Positions 50,595 through 61,351 of a stretch of DNA of 64,000 nucleotides are shown here, in pieces. The DNA is from Candidatus Altiarchaeota archaeon. Lineage in GTDB: Archaea; Altiarchaeota; Altiarchaeia; IMC4; SCGC-AAA252-I15. The stretch is taken from positions 64,001 to 128,000 of the forward strand of contig JAZDNF010000008.1 in assembly GCA_043800255.1 (NCBI GenBank), written 5' to 3'. The position numbers and the translations under genes are program-made. The notes below the pieces were generated by a model. That model ran no database searches and had not been told where the DNA came from. It worked only from the letters and a program-made list of their open reading frames with translations. Each line of letters starts with the position of its first letter. The first letter of the stretch is position 1.

Positions 50595-53408
50595 ATGGCT
50601 GAAGAGGTTGATTTCAAAAATGTCGAGGAGAAGTGGCTGAAAAATTGGGAGGACTCTAAAGCCTTCCAGTCGAACCCAGACGGCAGGGAAAGATTCTATA
50701 TCACCGTAGCCTACCCCTACCCTTCTGGTAGCATGCACGTCGGCCACGCGCGCACTTACACTGTGCCTGATGTCATAGCCCGCTTCAAGCGCATGCAAGG
50801 CTATAACGTCCTGTTCCCCATGGCCTGGCATGTGACTGGCACTCCCATAATAGGCGCAGTCAACAGGCTGAAAAACAGGGAGGAAAAGCAGCTCAGGATC
50901 CTGAAGGAAGTGTGCGGCGTCTCGGAATCTGACTTGAAGCAGATGGAGACACCCATGGGCTACGCCCGCTATTTCATAGAGAACCACTACTACGCGTCAA
51001 TGAGACGGCTCGGGTATACCATAGACTGGAGGCGGCAGTTCACCACAAACGACAAGCACTATAACATGTTCGTCACCTGGCAGTACCTGAGCCTGCACAA
51101 GAGGGGGCTCCTGAAGGAGGGACTGCATCCCGTGAAATACTGCCTCCATGACAGGAACCCGGTGACAACCCACGACCTCCTTGAGGGGGAGGATGCTGAC
51201 ATCCAGGAGTTCACGCTCCTGAAGTTCAAATTCGACAAGGAGTATCTGATTGCCGCGACACTGAGGCCTGAGACGGTGTTCGGGCAGACTAACATGTGGG
51301 TCGGCCCGGACATAGAGTATGTAAAGGCTAAAGTCGGGAGCGAGAGTTGGATAATAAGCGAACAGTGCGCGAAGAAGCTAGAACTCCAGGGCAAGAAAGT
51401 CGAAGTTACGGGGAAGGTTAAAGGCTCCAGCTTGATAGGAGAGTACTGCACCGCTCCCGGAATAAAAAGGGACATAATAATCCTGCCATCAGGGTTCTGC
51501 GACCCTGCGATCGGCTCAGGCCTCGTGACATCGGTGCCGAGCGACGCGCCCTACGACTGGATGGGCTTGAAGGATTTACAGGAGAACAATGAGCTATGTG
51601 AGAAGTACGGCCTCGACTGGAACAAGGTAAAGAGCATAGAGGTCATACCAATAATAAGGACAGAGGAGTTTGGCGACAGGGCAGCCTTGAAAGTCTGCGA
51701 GGATATGGGAATAACAAGCCAGAAGGACACTAAAAAGCTCGAAGAGGCGACGAGCATAGTCTACAAGACCGGCTTCCATTCCGGCGTCATGAACGAGAAC
51801 TGCGGCAGATACAAGGGCATGGCAGTCGTCAGGGCGAAGGAGAAGGTAAAAGAAGAGCTCCTCGAGAACGGCGAAGCAGACAAGATGCTCGAATTCTCCG
51901 AAAAAGTCAGGTGCAGGTGCGGCGGAGATGTGGTGGTCGCGAACGCGGAATCATGGTTCGTCGACTACAGCAACGAAGACTGGAAAGAGGTTACAAGAGC
52001 GGCCATAGGGCAGCTTAACACGATACCTGAGAAGACCAAGCAGGAGTACCTTAACACGGTCGACCGGATGCACCCTTGGCCGTGCATCAGGAACTTCGGT
52101 CTCGGAACCAGACTGCCGATCGACGACAGGTTCATGATAGAGCCGCTCTCCGATTCCACGATATACATGGCCTACTATACGATATCCCACATCCTGAAGG
52201 AATTGAAGCCGGAGCAGCTGTCTGAGGAGTTCTTCAGCTATGTCTTCAGGAACGAGGGGAAACCTGATGAAGTCAGCAAGAGAACAGGCATCAAGCTTGA
52301 GACGCTAAAAAAGATAAAGGAAAGCTTCGACTACTGGTACCCGCAGAACTGGAGGTGCTCGGCCTTGGAGCTGATACAGAACCACCTCACGTTCATGATG
52401 TACCACCACACAGCCCTCTTCAACGCGGACAAATGGCCTCGGGGGATAGCAACCTTCGGGATGGGCCTGCTGGAGGGGCAGAAGATGTCCTCTTCGAAGG
52501 GGAATGTCGTCCTCCTAAAGGACGCGATCGTAAAACACGGCGCAGACGTCATTAGACTGTTCCTCATGGGCAACGCCGAGCCTTGGCAGGATTTTGACTG
52601 GAGGGAGAGTTTCGTCCAGAGCACCTCCAAAAAGATGAGGAACTTCTATGAGATGGTATCGGAGCCAAAGGGCAGCGACCTGGAAGTGAGGGACATCGAC
52701 AGGTGGCTTCTCTCAAGGCTTAACAGGACAATCAAGGGAACGACAGAGTCTCTGGAGATATTCCAGACGCGGAAGGCATTGCAGCAGGCGTTCTATGAGA
52801 TGTTCGGGGACATCAACTGGTACATGAGGAGAGCTGAACCTAACCGGAAGGCCCTCTCCAGAGTCTACCACGCCTGGGTCAGGCTGATGGCACCGTTCAC
52901 CCCCTTCATCTGCGAGGAGCTGTGGAGTAGGATGGGAGAGAAAGGCTTCATCTCCAACGCAGAGTACCCGAAACCCGATGAGAGCCTGATAAACCCAGAA
53001 ATAGAGGCCATCGAGAGCATGATACAGGCAGTGATGGATGACGTGCAGAACATACTTGACGTCACCAAGGTGACGCCGAAGACAATCCACCTTTACGTCG
53101 CTCCGGAATGGAAGCGGAAAGTCTATAATGCGATAGCAGACAACAGGGGGATGAAGGAGCTGATGGCCGACCCTGAGCTGAAAAAATACGGCAAAGAGAT
53201 TGCCAACATCATGAAGAAGAGGAGGGATGAGCTTCCCAGGACGATTGCCACATCATCAAGGGAAAAGCAGGCCCTGGATGATGCTGTTGGATTCTTGGAA
53301 GAGGAGTTCAGCTGCCAGTTCAAAGTCCACGAGAAAGCTGACTTCGACCCTGAGGGCAAGGCTAGATACGCTCTGCCTGCGAAGCCAGGCATCTACATAG
53401 AATCCTAG
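50595..53408 (+). CDS. leuS: Leucyl-tRNA synthetase (archaeal type)
   Basis: [28 protein letters not shown] and KMSSSKGN motifs. Confidence 0.96.
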   Translation: MAEEVDFKNVEEKWLKNWEDSKAFQSNPDGRERFYITVAYPYPSGSMHVGHARTYTVPDVIARFKRMQGYNVLFPMAWHVTGTPIIGAVNRLKNREEKQLRILKEVCGVSESDLKQMETPMGYARYFIENHYYASMRRLGYTIDWRRQFTTNDKHYNMFVTWQYLSLHKRGLLKEGLHPVKYCLHDRNPVTTHDLLEGEDADIQEFTLLKFKFDKEYLIAATLRPETVFGQTNMWVGPDIEYVKAKVGSESWIISEQCAKKLELQGKKVEVTGKVKGSSLIGEYCTAPGIKRDIIILPSGFCDPAIGSGLVTSVPSDAPYDWMGLKDLQENNELCEKYGLDWNKVKSIEVIPIIRTEEFGDRAALKVCEDMGITSQKDTKKLEEATSIVYKTGFHSGVMNENCGRYKGMAVVRAKEKVKEELLENGEADKMLEFSEKVRCRCGGDVVVANAESWFVDYSNEDWKEVTRAAIGQLNTIPEKTKQEYLNTVDRMHPWPCIRNFGLGTRLPIDDRFMIEPLSDSTIYMAYYTISHILKELKPEQLSEEFFSYVFRNEGKPDEVSKRTGIKLETLKKIKESFDYWYPQNWRCSALELIQNHLTFMMYHHTALFNADKWPRGIATFGMGLLEGQKMSSSKGNVVLLKDAIVKHGADVIRLFLMGNAEPWQDFDWRESFVQSTSKKMRNFYEMVSEPKGSDLEVRDIDRWLLSRLNRTIKGTTESLEIFQTRKALQQAFYEMFGDINWYMRRAEPNRKALSRVYHAWVRLMAPFTPFICEELWSRMGEKGFISNAEYPKPDESLINPEIEAIESMIQAVMDDVQNILDVTKVTPKTIHLYVAPEWKRKVYNAIADNRGMKELMADPELKKYGKEIANIMKKRRDELPRTIATSSREKQALDDAVGFLEEEFSCQFKVHEKADFDPEGKARYALPAKPGIYIES

Positions 53409-54163
53409 GATGCCGACGCGTCAATGCAGTCTTCCGCGAAATCGCGTATGACACCCAGATCAAGTTTGCCCTTCTTTGACTGAAGGTTGCTGGGGCAGAA
53501 CAGCTGCGGGACGGTGCCGATGTCATAGTAGCCTGCAGCGCACTCTGGAAGCCGGTCAGATGAGTCTCCCATCAGTATCCTCCTGACAGTGTAAGGTTTC
53601 CCCTCATAGTCCAACTCCGCCAGCTCACCCAAGTACTCATCCACCTCATCGCATCCGGGGCAGTTCATGGAATAGTAGTAGATTATAGTATCAGCCCCTA
53701 TCCCATATTTTGAGAAGCACTCACCAGCATTCCCAATGTTAGCCCTCAGGACTTCACATGCCTTTTCATTGAATGTGAGAGTGCACAGCGCCTCCGCAAT
53801 ATTATGCTTGCTCCTCGCTATCGTAAGATACGCCCTCCCCTTGTAGACAACATACAGTGAAGGATTATAGACCGTGTCCGAGATGACGGGATTGATGGGA
53901 ACATCGAACTCAGAGCCTATGGAATCCAAAACCTGAGCATCACCGTAAAACGTGTCACAATCCTCGCAGGTCGGCGGAACCCTCTTCGAACAGTCAACGC
54001 ACCTGCCAGGATACATGTAGAACACCCCCACATCATCAGAATAATTATAGGAGAACGGAAGCCCCCCATCCGGATTCAAGAAAAAAGCCTGATAAATCCT
54101 AAAACCCAAGACGAAACCGACCAAAGTCAACAACACAATCATCAACGCAGTCTTAGTCTTCAT
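53405..54163 (-). CDS. Membrane-anchored Cys-rich thioredoxin-like protein
   Basis: N-terminal TM helix, CxxC motifs (CVDC, CEDC, CPGC) and VPQLFC. Confidence 0.6.
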   Translation of the reverse strand: MKTKTALMIVLLTLVGFVLGFRIYQAFFLNPDGGLPFSYNYSDDVGVFYMYPGRCVDCSKRVPPTCEDCDTFYGDAQVLDSIGSEFDVPINPVISDTVYNPSLYVVYKGRAYLTIARSKHNIAEALCTLTFNEKACEVLRANIGNAGECFSKYGIGADTIIYYYSMNCPGCDEVDEYLGELAELDYEGKPYTVRRILMGDSSDRLPECAAGYYDIGTVPQLFCPSNLQSKKGKLDLGVIRDFAEDCIDASAS

Positions 54164-54250
54164 CTTTTTTTACCATAATACCACTATAGGTATACCAATT
54201 TGTAACCACACTATAAAAAGTTACAAAACCAGATAATACAAAGATAACAC

Positions 54251-54331
54251 AATGCCAGGGTGGCAGTCAAACCTCGCCTCAAAAAAGGCTCAGACCCGCC
54301 ACCCCAGAAGAATAAAATGCCGGGGTGGCGG
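54251..54331 (+). repeat. Imperfect direct repeat of the tRNA-Ser 5' end plus an antisense copy
   Basis: AATGCCAGGGTGGC (54251-54264) versus AATGCCGGGGTGGC (54316-54329). CCGCCACCCC (54296-54305) is the exact complement of 54322-54331. Confidence 0.75.
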
Positions 54332-54460
54332 AGCACGGTTCATCGCGCAAGCCTGGAACAACCTTTTCCCGCCCCTCACGGGGCGGCAAAACGTTAACGA
54401 AAAGAATACAGCCAGCTTGTCGTCCATGCGGCGGCTTGGGTTCAAATCCCAACCCCGGCG
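54319..54460 (+). tRNA. tRNA-Ser(GGA) with a 55-nt intron (54359-54413) at 37/38
   Basis: Acceptor GCCGGGG/CCCCGGC, anticodon stem CAAGC/GCTTG, GGA at 54355-54357, long variable arm, TTCAAAT loop. Confidence 0.92.
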
Positions 54461-54605
54461 ATCTACTCAAAGTACAAATCCCCTCCTCATTTTCAGATAT
54501 TTGGTAGGTATCCCCGATTCTGCACGTTTCATAAGACCAACATAGGGGCCGGAGAAAAAGAAAATAGCACGAGAGCAAGGGAAAAATAAGGGTGTATAAT
54601 TAAAG

Positions 54606-55250
54606 TTAGGAGCTTGAATTTTGTTGAATATCTTGTTGAGACCGGATTACTTCGATTGTTCCAGTGTCTTTTAGAATAACAGTATCATCAGATAGAATTT
54701 CAATAAAAAGAGGTACATCTTGGTTCAATGTAATAATACTGTCTGCAGTTTTCCCAATAAATAATATCTTTCTTTCTGAACCTTCTGCTAATTTGCCATA
54801 GGCATATTTGTCAACATTTATCGTCCCACCAAAATTACCAGGCTCAGATGACGATCCCAAGAGAGGGTACAATTCAGAGTTAACTGGTCGAATATTTTCA
54901 ATATGTTCAGGATAATACTTAATCACAAGAGTAGTTTCTTCATATATCCTATTACCGAGTGGGTACTCAAGATCCATGCGAGTTATGAATGTAGAATTTT
55001 CAGATATTTTTTTAATGCCGGTTCTATCATTTGCCCACGAGTAGTTGGTATTAATAATATCTCGCAATTCTATGTCAGAAGTTTCAAGAATAGCAATACC
55101 TGGCCCTATTGGGTAGATAAGTTTAATTCTGAAAGATGGTGGATCTGCATTAGTTTGATATGGAACACTCCCTAAACCACCGTTATCCATGCACCCAGAT
55201 ACCATAACTAAGGTGAGAATAACTGTACTAATCTCCTTTTTCATCCTCAT
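54606..55250 (-). CDS. Hypothetical lipoprotein
   Basis: Signal peptide ending in a VSGC lipobox. Confidence 0.65.
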   Translation of the reverse strand: MRMKKEISTVILTLVMVSGCMDNGGLGSVPYQTNADPPSFRIKLIYPIGPGIAILETSDIELRDIINTNYSWANDRTGIKKISENSTFITRMDLEYPLGNRIYEETTLVIKYYPEHIENIRPVNSELYPLLGSSSEPGNFGGTINVDKYAYGKLAEGSERKILFIGKTADSIITLNQDVPLFIEILSDDTVILKDTGTIEVIRSQQDIQQNSSS

Positions 55251-55292
55251 TATGTTTACATATTTAATATACAGAGGGTATAAAAAGATTAC

Positions 55293-56771
55293 ATGCCAAC
55301 ATTCTTTGTAGATTCTAATCTTTTTTTACAGTGTAAAAAAATTCAAGAAATCCCATGGGGGGACGTATCAGATGAGGATAGTACCCTTGTCTTGATACCA
55401 CGGCCAGTTCAAATTGAGATAGATAGATTAAAACAATCTGGGAATACACGCCTAGCAAAAAGAGCAAGAGAGGCCAACTCCTTTTTCAGGGATATGATTG
55501 ACAATAACGACACATTTCAGTTCAATCAAAATTCAAAGGCTATATGCTTTAAGTTTGCTCCAAACTATAAAACTTCGGAATTGGAAAAACAAGACGATCG
55601 ATTAGATATTAGCAAAACGGATGACGAGATAATTGCAAATGCAATAATTTATAGAAAAGAAACCAGTGACCTAGATGTCTTCCTATTAACTCATGACACA
55701 AATCCAATTTTAACTGCCAAACAATGTGGATTACCGTATAAAAGAATTCCGGATTCTTGGCTACTAGCCCCCGAACTGGATAGTAGGGATAAACGGATTG
55801 CTAAACTTGAGGAAGAGATCAAGACAATTAAAAAATCTTCCCCTAATGTAAAAATCGAACACTCTATAGATAGCGAGAATAGTACTGATGGGTATATAGA
55901 AGTTAAAACTTTTAATGATCTTTCAGAAGATGAAAAATCAACTATCATTGATCAGTTAAAATCAAAATTCCCACTCAAAGATGATTTTTCATTTGAACAC
56001 ATACGAAAAGATAGAACTAGGGATTATGGGGTTATGTCATTACTATTTGGTGAAAAACAATTCGTACCTCCAGATAAAGAAGATATTGAGGATTATAAAA
56101 ATAACAGATATCCAGATTGGATTAATAAAGTAAGGTCTTGGTTAAATGAAATACCACAGTATCTTCAATATCCTTTTCACAGGCTCAGATTACGATTAAA
56201 CGTATCAAATGATGGTAATACCCCTATTGAACATTTTTTATTAGCATTCAAGAGCCATGGAGGTATTCTAATAAAACCAGGAGATAATGATTTAGAGTCT
56301 GATGAACAGCTTAAAATATCACCAATTCCGCCACCCCCTCGGCTTCCAGAGGGAAAATGGATAAGAGTAAATACATCCTTCTTATCACAGATGAAGGGTA
56401 TATCCGATCTTTCTGGAACTCTTAGAGATCAATATCTTGGTTTAATTCCTGAAAATATTGTGCCATATACAAACTCTTCATCAAGGAGAGATCGTCATGG
56501 GATATATTATAAAGGATCCAGACCAACAGATTTTGTAGATTCATTTGAATGTGAATGTGATGAATTTAGACATAAAATTGATCCAGAAACTTTTGATTTG
56601 ATTGTATCTATCCCAACTGATGAGAAAATAGTAGAGGGAGTTATATCTTGCATAATAACAGGAACTAATCTACCAGAACCAAAGAGAGAACATATCAAGT
56701 TAAATTTTAAACATGCTACAGGAGATAGTTATACCGAAGTTCAAAGATTGATAAGTGAATTAAATCCATAA
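55293..56771 (+). CDS. PIN-domain protein with coiled coil and unknown C-terminal domain
   Basis: FVDSN, EIDRLK, TDDEII and LLTHD acidic PIN residues. Confidence 0.75.
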   Translation: MPTFFVDSNLFLQCKKIQEIPWGDVSDEDSTLVLIPRPVQIEIDRLKQSGNTRLAKRAREANSFFRDMIDNNDTFQFNQNSKAICFKFAPNYKTSELEKQDDRLDISKTDDEIIANAIIYRKETSDLDVFLLTHDTNPILTAKQCGLPYKRIPDSWLLAPELDSRDKRIAKLEEEIKTIKKSSPNVKIEHSIDSENSTDGYIEVKTFNDLSEDEKSTIIDQLKSKFPLKDDFSFEHIRKDRTRDYGVMSLLFGEKQFVPPDKEDIEDYKNNRYPDWINKVRSWLNEIPQYLQYPFHRLRLRLNVSNDGNTPIEHFLLAFKSHGGILIKPGDNDLESDEQLKISPIPPPPRLPEGKWIRVNTSFLSQMKGISDLSGTLRDQYLGLIPENIVPYTNSSSRRDRHGIYYKGSRPTDFVDSFECECDEFRHKIDPETFDLIVSIPTDEKIVEGVISCIITGTNLPEPKREHIKLNFKHATGDSYTEVQRLISELNP

Positions 56772-56852
56772 AAATCGCAGTCCTCTGGTTTTGGGCCGGG
56801 CTTTGAAGACTGAAGCCACCTCTCAACCTCGGCGTAGCGTTTTTTATGCGCG

Positions 56853-57074
56853 TTAGGATAGGGATTGTCTGTTGATTTTTTTGTCGAGTAGGGAGCTCAT
56901 GGAGATTCCTTCTTTCTCAGCCTCTTCTTTCAATTTCCAGTATGTTCTGTATTGTATTGTAAAACTTCTGGTGACTTTGTCTAAAGCGAACTCTCTGTTT
57001 TTATCATATTCCTCGAACATTTTCGTGTACTTTTTGTTATCATCCAAGATCAACAAGGTTTCCTTATCCAACAT
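56853..57074 (-). CDS. Putative antitoxin with a ribbon-helix-helix-like C-terminus
   Basis: TRSFTI...LKEEAEKEGISMSSLLD; overlaps the Fic gene end. Confidence 0.55.
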   Translation of the reverse strand: MLDKETLLILDDNKKYTKMFEEYDKNREFALDKVTRSFTIQYRTYWKLKEEAEKEGISMSSLLDKKINRQSLS

Positions 57075-57435
57075 TGTTTTTTCCTCCGCTTATCGCGTAT
57101 CTCAACCTGTATTCGATTCTTTTAGCATCGTCTAACACAGTCTTTGTTACTTTCAAGAGTTGTTTCGCAAGACGTTCCTTTCTATCATCCGTAAGTTGAT
57201 AACCATGCCTAAAAAACAACACAGCCGCTATGTCAAAGGCCGTTCTCTTATCAGCGTCTGAAAAACTGCGGTCTACTAATATAGCACGCCACAACAATGC
57301 GATTTTTCTGAACACGTTTTTGTTTTTTCCCGCATCTAAAGCAAAACTTAAACTTCCCATATTCAATTGTCCCCCGCCCCCTCCTTTTTTGTTAATTTCT
57401 ATGATATCCTCTAAAGTGAGGTCTTTCTCATCCAT
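57064..57435 (-). CDS. Fic/Doc-family protein with a degenerate catalytic motif
   Basis: DIIEIN, GSLSFAL and RSFSDADKRTA (canonical HxFxDGNKRT). Confidence 0.72.
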   Translation of the reverse strand: MDEKDLTLEDIIEINKKGGGGGQLNMGSLSFALDAGKNKNVFRKIALLWRAILVDRSFSDADKRTAFDIAAVLFFRHGYQLTDDRKERLAKQLLKVTKTVLDDAKRIEYRLRYAISGGKNNVG

Positions 57436-57668
57436 TTTAGGACAGTTATCAACATTTTGGTAAATTTTAGTTTACTATATATAATATTATATAACTTGAT
57501 ATAAATACTATTAGAAATCGATAAATTGCAACATATTCATATAGTTGATTAAATAATCAAGTATTAAAATCATATATATAAATTTATACATTGAATCTTG
57601 CAAATAGATTCATTCCCGATGATTTTTTCTTAATAATCGCGTAGAACGGTATTGTTAACCTGGACACC

Positions 57669-58193
57669 TTGAAAGCGTCTGGGAGTTCTAAGGCGGGGAA
57701 ACTGGCGAAGAAGAATCTCAGGAGGGAAGACCATGAGGCGTTGGCGGTTTGGGCTGCTGACTGCGCCGAGCATGTGCTCCCCTACTTTGAGAAAGAATAC
57801 CCAGAAGATGATCGCCCTCGGAAAGCCATCAAAGCATGCCGAAGGTGGGCGCGTACCGGCGTGTTCAGGATGGCAGACGTGCGAAGAGACTCGCTCGCAG
57901 CCCACGCTGCCGCACGCGAAGCGAAAGAGGACAGCGCAGCCCGCTATGCAGCCCGCGCCGCAGGCCAAGCAGTAGCGACTGCACACGCGCCCAGGCATGC
58001 GATCGGCCCCGCATGGTATGGTATCAAAGCCGCCGAAGCTGCAGGCGTTGCAGATGAGCGTGAGTGGCAGCACTCGCACCTCCCGAAACGTCTTCATCCA
58101 ATGGTGTCCGCTGAAGCAACACGACACGGCAGAAAAAACCCGGGACGAAAAAGATACCGACATTTAAGTATTGCATCAAAGGACATGCAGTAA
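57669..58193 (+). CDS. Imm5-like putative immunity protein
   Basis: LAVWAADCAEHVLPYFE...DDRPRKAI...AHAAAR...AARAAGQAVATAH...EREWQ. TTG start is uncertain; GC-richer than its neighbours. Confidence 0.72.
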   Translation: MKASGSSKAGKLAKKNLRREDHEALAVWAADCAEHVLPYFEKEYPEDDRPRKAIKACRRWARTGVFRMADVRRDSLAAHAAAREAKEDSAARYAARAAGQAVATAHAPRHAIGPAWYGIKAAEAAGVADEREWQHSHLPKRLHPMVSAEATRHGRKNPGRKRYRHLSIASKDMQ

Positions 58194-58538
58194 ATCCGTT
58201 ATCATTGAGAGGGGATTCGAACTCCCAGCACCGCTCTGAACTCTGGCGATTAATTTGCTCTTCTCAGAAAAAAAGAAATCTGGGAGTTAGGGTTCCCGAT
58301 TGCAATAGACATTGGTTCACGGCAAAAAGTGCGCGAAAGGGCGAGAATATGGCTTAAAACGCTATATAGCGGGGCTGGAGAACGATGGCTGCGGCTCCGG
58401 TATATTTTTATATTTTTGTTTGAAATAATCATATGGAGTATCTTGTCTACCGGTCTTCGATCCTGGGGTTGGGAGGATGGCGCATATCCTGATTTTGGAT
58501 AGGGGATGTTGAAGGGAAATCGCAAAGACTTCTGAAAA

Positions 58539-59366
58539 ATGAATGAAACGCAACTAATTGAGAATTTGGACATCATCTTTAAGAGAGAGTATTTCTATCG
58601 AGTGCAGCATGACGGCATTGACAGAAAGTATGAGAAAAGACAGTGGGGAGGAAAAATCAGAAGAGTCATATCATTGGATGATAATGTGACGTCTGACTCA
58701 TCCAGTTCCTCTACAACAGACTACATAGAGAAGAATCCCAAGAAGGTAACATTAAAGTTTCCAGCATTAGAATATCTGGAGAAACTTCATGAACAGGTTA
58801 AATGTGACAATAACCTGAATTCAAAATTCATGGAATACTTGGATAAGACTCTGGCCAACACACCAGACTGGAGGACTGTAGTCTCATACCTGTCATTTGA
58901 ATTCCTGCTGAAGAACGGATTTCTGAATGAAGCCTTAGAGGGATTCAAAGAGATGGCCAAATCGAAAATCCCGTCCAGAAATCTCGTGAACATACTGAAT
59001 GGCATACTGAGTTATGAGCACTACAGATTCAACAGGAATGACTTCGATAAAATCGAGGATACGTTAGACTCCATATTGGACAAATACCCCGGCTTCTATC
59101 TACTATACAACCCTCTGTTGACGATAATAAATACCCTGAAATTCGAAAGACTGAAGTCGGAATTGGACTCCATAACAGACGCCAGGATAAGGAGGGACAT
59201 CCTGATATCCCTCCAAAAGCTGACGGAGGAGGAGAAACTATCGCTTGAAAAACACAAGGTCATTATCATCGACAAACTGTCTGACTTGCCTCAAGCGATC
59301 TTCGAGAAATATTGCCAATACAACGCATACGAACCAGCGGACATACAATTTACAGATGTAAGCTGA
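58539..59366 (+). CDS. Hypothetical protein (island)
   Basis: 275-aa AT-rich ORF with no recognisable motif. Confidence 0.6.
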   Translation: MNETQLIENLDIIFKREYFYRVQHDGIDRKYEKRQWGGKIRRVISLDDNVTSDSSSSSTTDYIEKNPKKVTLKFPALEYLEKLHEQVKCDNNLNSKFMEYLDKTLANTPDWRTVVSYLSFEFLLKNGFLNEALEGFKEMAKSKIPSRNLVNILNGILSYEHYRFNRNDFDKIEDTLDSILDKYPGFYLLYNPLLTIINTLKFERLKSELDSITDARIRRDILISLQKLTEEEKLSLEKHKVIIIDKLSDLPQAIFEKYCQYNAYEPADIQFTDVS

Positions 59367-59434
59367 TACTCCACGGGAATTCTGTTTCTGTCCTGTGGGG
59401 GCAAATTTTTTTAAGCCTAAATCCTGGTGCTTTT

Positions 59435-60373
59435 TTATTCTAATTTCACGTATCCGATGATTCTGGGGTTTTTGCGATTGGGATCCAGTAGGAGGATGCG
59501 GTCCGATATCAGGGGTATCTGTTTTTCCAGCTTGATTTTCAACACTCCGGTTCCGCCAGGCTTCAGTGAGCCTGAGACCAGGCTTGCGGGAGTGTAATTC
59601 ATGCTTGAGTTTACCATGATCTGGTCGCCTTCCTCCAGGCCGGGGCGGGCGTACTTCGATAAAGCAGCCTCCGATTCAATAATGTCGGCGACAGGAATGT
59701 CGCTTCGCGTTGAAAGGATGCTCCCCCGCTCAACCTGATCAGGTTTCACGTCCTTGAGGGCGACTCCAACGCAGACCCCACAGCCGGCCTCGGCAACGTC
59801 AGTATCGTGAACCTGGATGGACTTGACAAGAGTCTCAATCTTTTTGGGGTAAATCAGGACGCTATCGTGCTTGCGCAACACCCCTTCCTTTACGACGCCC
59901 AACGCGACCGTGCCGACGCCTTTCACCGGAAAACAATGATCCACCTGCACTACAGGCTCGCCCTCAGAATGCAACGACAATTTTGAAAGAGCATCCCTGA
60001 TGGAGACTACCTGATTCTCCACCTTAGGATAGGAGGAGAGTACGGTGCCGCCGAAAAGAGGCTCCACAGCCTCAGCAGGTATGCCGCCCAGGATTACGTA
60101 GCCGGTCTCCAGCCCGTAAGCGTCAATGGCGACAATCATCTCCCCCAGTAGGCTGTCAACCGCGTCAACCTTCAGGAGAACCTGGTCCGCGATGTTAAGA
60201 GCTGACGCGAGAGACTGGATTTTCTCAGGGTATGATGTAGGCGCCACAAAAGACAACAACACATCATTATGCCTGTGATTGAACAATGTCACATCGCTTT
60301 CAGTCCCCTTCCTCCCCAACGAAGGCCCCAGACCAGCCCCCAAGACGACGGTAACATTCCCCTTCGAAGACAT
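59435..60373 (-). CDS. Archaeal SelB-like translation factor with a degenerate G domain (aSelBL type)
   Basis: LGRKGTESDVTLFN, YPEKIQSL, VDHCFPVKGVGTVALG and KSIQVHD; no P-loop; ATG at 60373. Confidence 0.78.
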   Translation of the reverse strand: MSSKGNVTVVLGAGLGPSLGRKGTESDVTLFNHRHNDVLLSFVAPTSYPEKIQSLASALNIADQVLLKVDAVDSLLGEMIVAIDAYGLETGYVILGGIPAEAVEPLFGGTVLSSYPKVENQVVSIRDALSKLSLHSEGEPVVQVDHCFPVKGVGTVALGVVKEGVLRKHDSVLIYPKKIETLVKSIQVHDTDVAEAGCGVCVGVALKDVKPDQVERGSILSTRSDIPVADIIESEAALSKYARPGLEEGDQIMVNSSMNYTPASLVSGSLKPGGTGVLKIKLEKQIPLISDRILLLDPNRKNPRIIGYVKLE

Positions 60374-60460
60374 GTAAAAAGAATAAAACGGCCGAGAATA
60401 ATAATCACAGGAAAACCCCAGCAACTGGTCTTTTATTCCCTGCCTGCCCTTTATTTTACT

Positions 60461-61345
60461 ATGGAGGTTATAGACGCCCACTGCCACGCTGACAGCAGAA
60501 GCCTCACCGACTTCAGAAGGCTCGCCGAAGCAGGCTATAAGGGGATTATAACCCTGGCGATGCACAAAACAGAGCCCAGGAGGGCTGAGACGCTGCTCGA
60601 CTACTGGGACGTGCTGCTCAAAAACTATTCCGGAGAGTTGAAGGACACCGGCCTCACATCATATCTGGGACTGGGGATACACCCAAGGAATGCCCACTTC
60701 ACGGGAGAGAAGAACTATGAAGTAGCATATGATGCGCTTGGAGGTTATCTGCAGAAGGAGAACGTCACCGCCCTCGGAGAGGTCGGGTTGGATAGGATAG
60801 ACAAAACAGAGAAGGAAGTCCTGAGAAGACAACTGCAAATCGCAAAAGAGATCCGAAAGCCGGCGGTGATACACACCCCCGGAAAGAGAAAAAGCGAGGC
60901 ACTGGATGAGACGCTCAAGATACTGAAGGAGGTTGGATTCCCCCCGAAGCTCACAGTATTGGACCACACAGACCTGACGACGCTCGACAGGGTGCTGGCA
61001 CACGGGAGCATGATAGGCTTGAGCATAAAGTCTGACAAACTTGACATACCAACTGTTATCAGAATACTGAAAGAACACCCAGAAGCCGTCGACAGGTTCA
61101 TGCTCAACACGGACTTCGGATACAGCGCCTCGCATTTCGAAGAGCTTAACGGAGTAAGAAGAGCTGCTGAGGAGATTGCCGCAGAGCTTGGGAGGAGCAC
61201 AGCAGCAAAAGCTGCCTCAGACAATGCGATACGGTTCTTCAAGCTCGGCCTGCCGCTCGAACTCTCAGACGACATAAGGAAGAAAGGCATAGGAGACATC
61301 GAAAGAGGCCTCAGAGGAGGGCATAAACCTAGGAACAGGGTGTAG
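60461..61345 (+). CDS. TatD-family hydrolase
   Basis: IDAHCH, LGIHPR, GEVGLD, VIHTP and LNTD motifs; ATG at 60461. Confidence 0.88.
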   Translation: MEVIDAHCHADSRSLTDFRRLAEAGYKGIITLAMHKTEPRRAETLLDYWDVLLKNYSGELKDTGLTSYLGLGIHPRNAHFTGEKNYEVAYDALGGYLQKENVTALGEVGLDRIDKTEKEVLRRQLQIAKEIRKPAVIHTPGKRKSEALDETLKILKEVGFPPKLTVLDHTDLTTLDRVLAHGSMIGLSIKSDKLDIPTVIRILKEHPEAVDRFMLNTDFGYSASHFEELNGVRRAAEEIAAELGRSTAAKAASDNAIRFFKLGLPLELSDDIRKKGIGDIERGLRGGHKPRNRV

Positions 61346-61351
61346 ACTACC

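Larger units (their letters stand above)
54461..59430. mobile_element. AT-rich, integrase-free accessory island downstream of tRNA-Ser
   Basis: Sharp GC drop. Carries lipoprotein, PIN, Fic pair, Imm5-like and orphan genes. Degenerate tRNA-Ser 3' copies at 56821-56834 and 58239-58250. Confidence 0.7.

Noticed and set aside
59435-60373. SelB-like gene as evidence for selenocysteine decoding
   Set aside because: It lacks the GTPase motifs and the C-terminal extension and fits the archaeal SelB-like paralog. No tRNA-Sec or in-frame TGA gene is seen.
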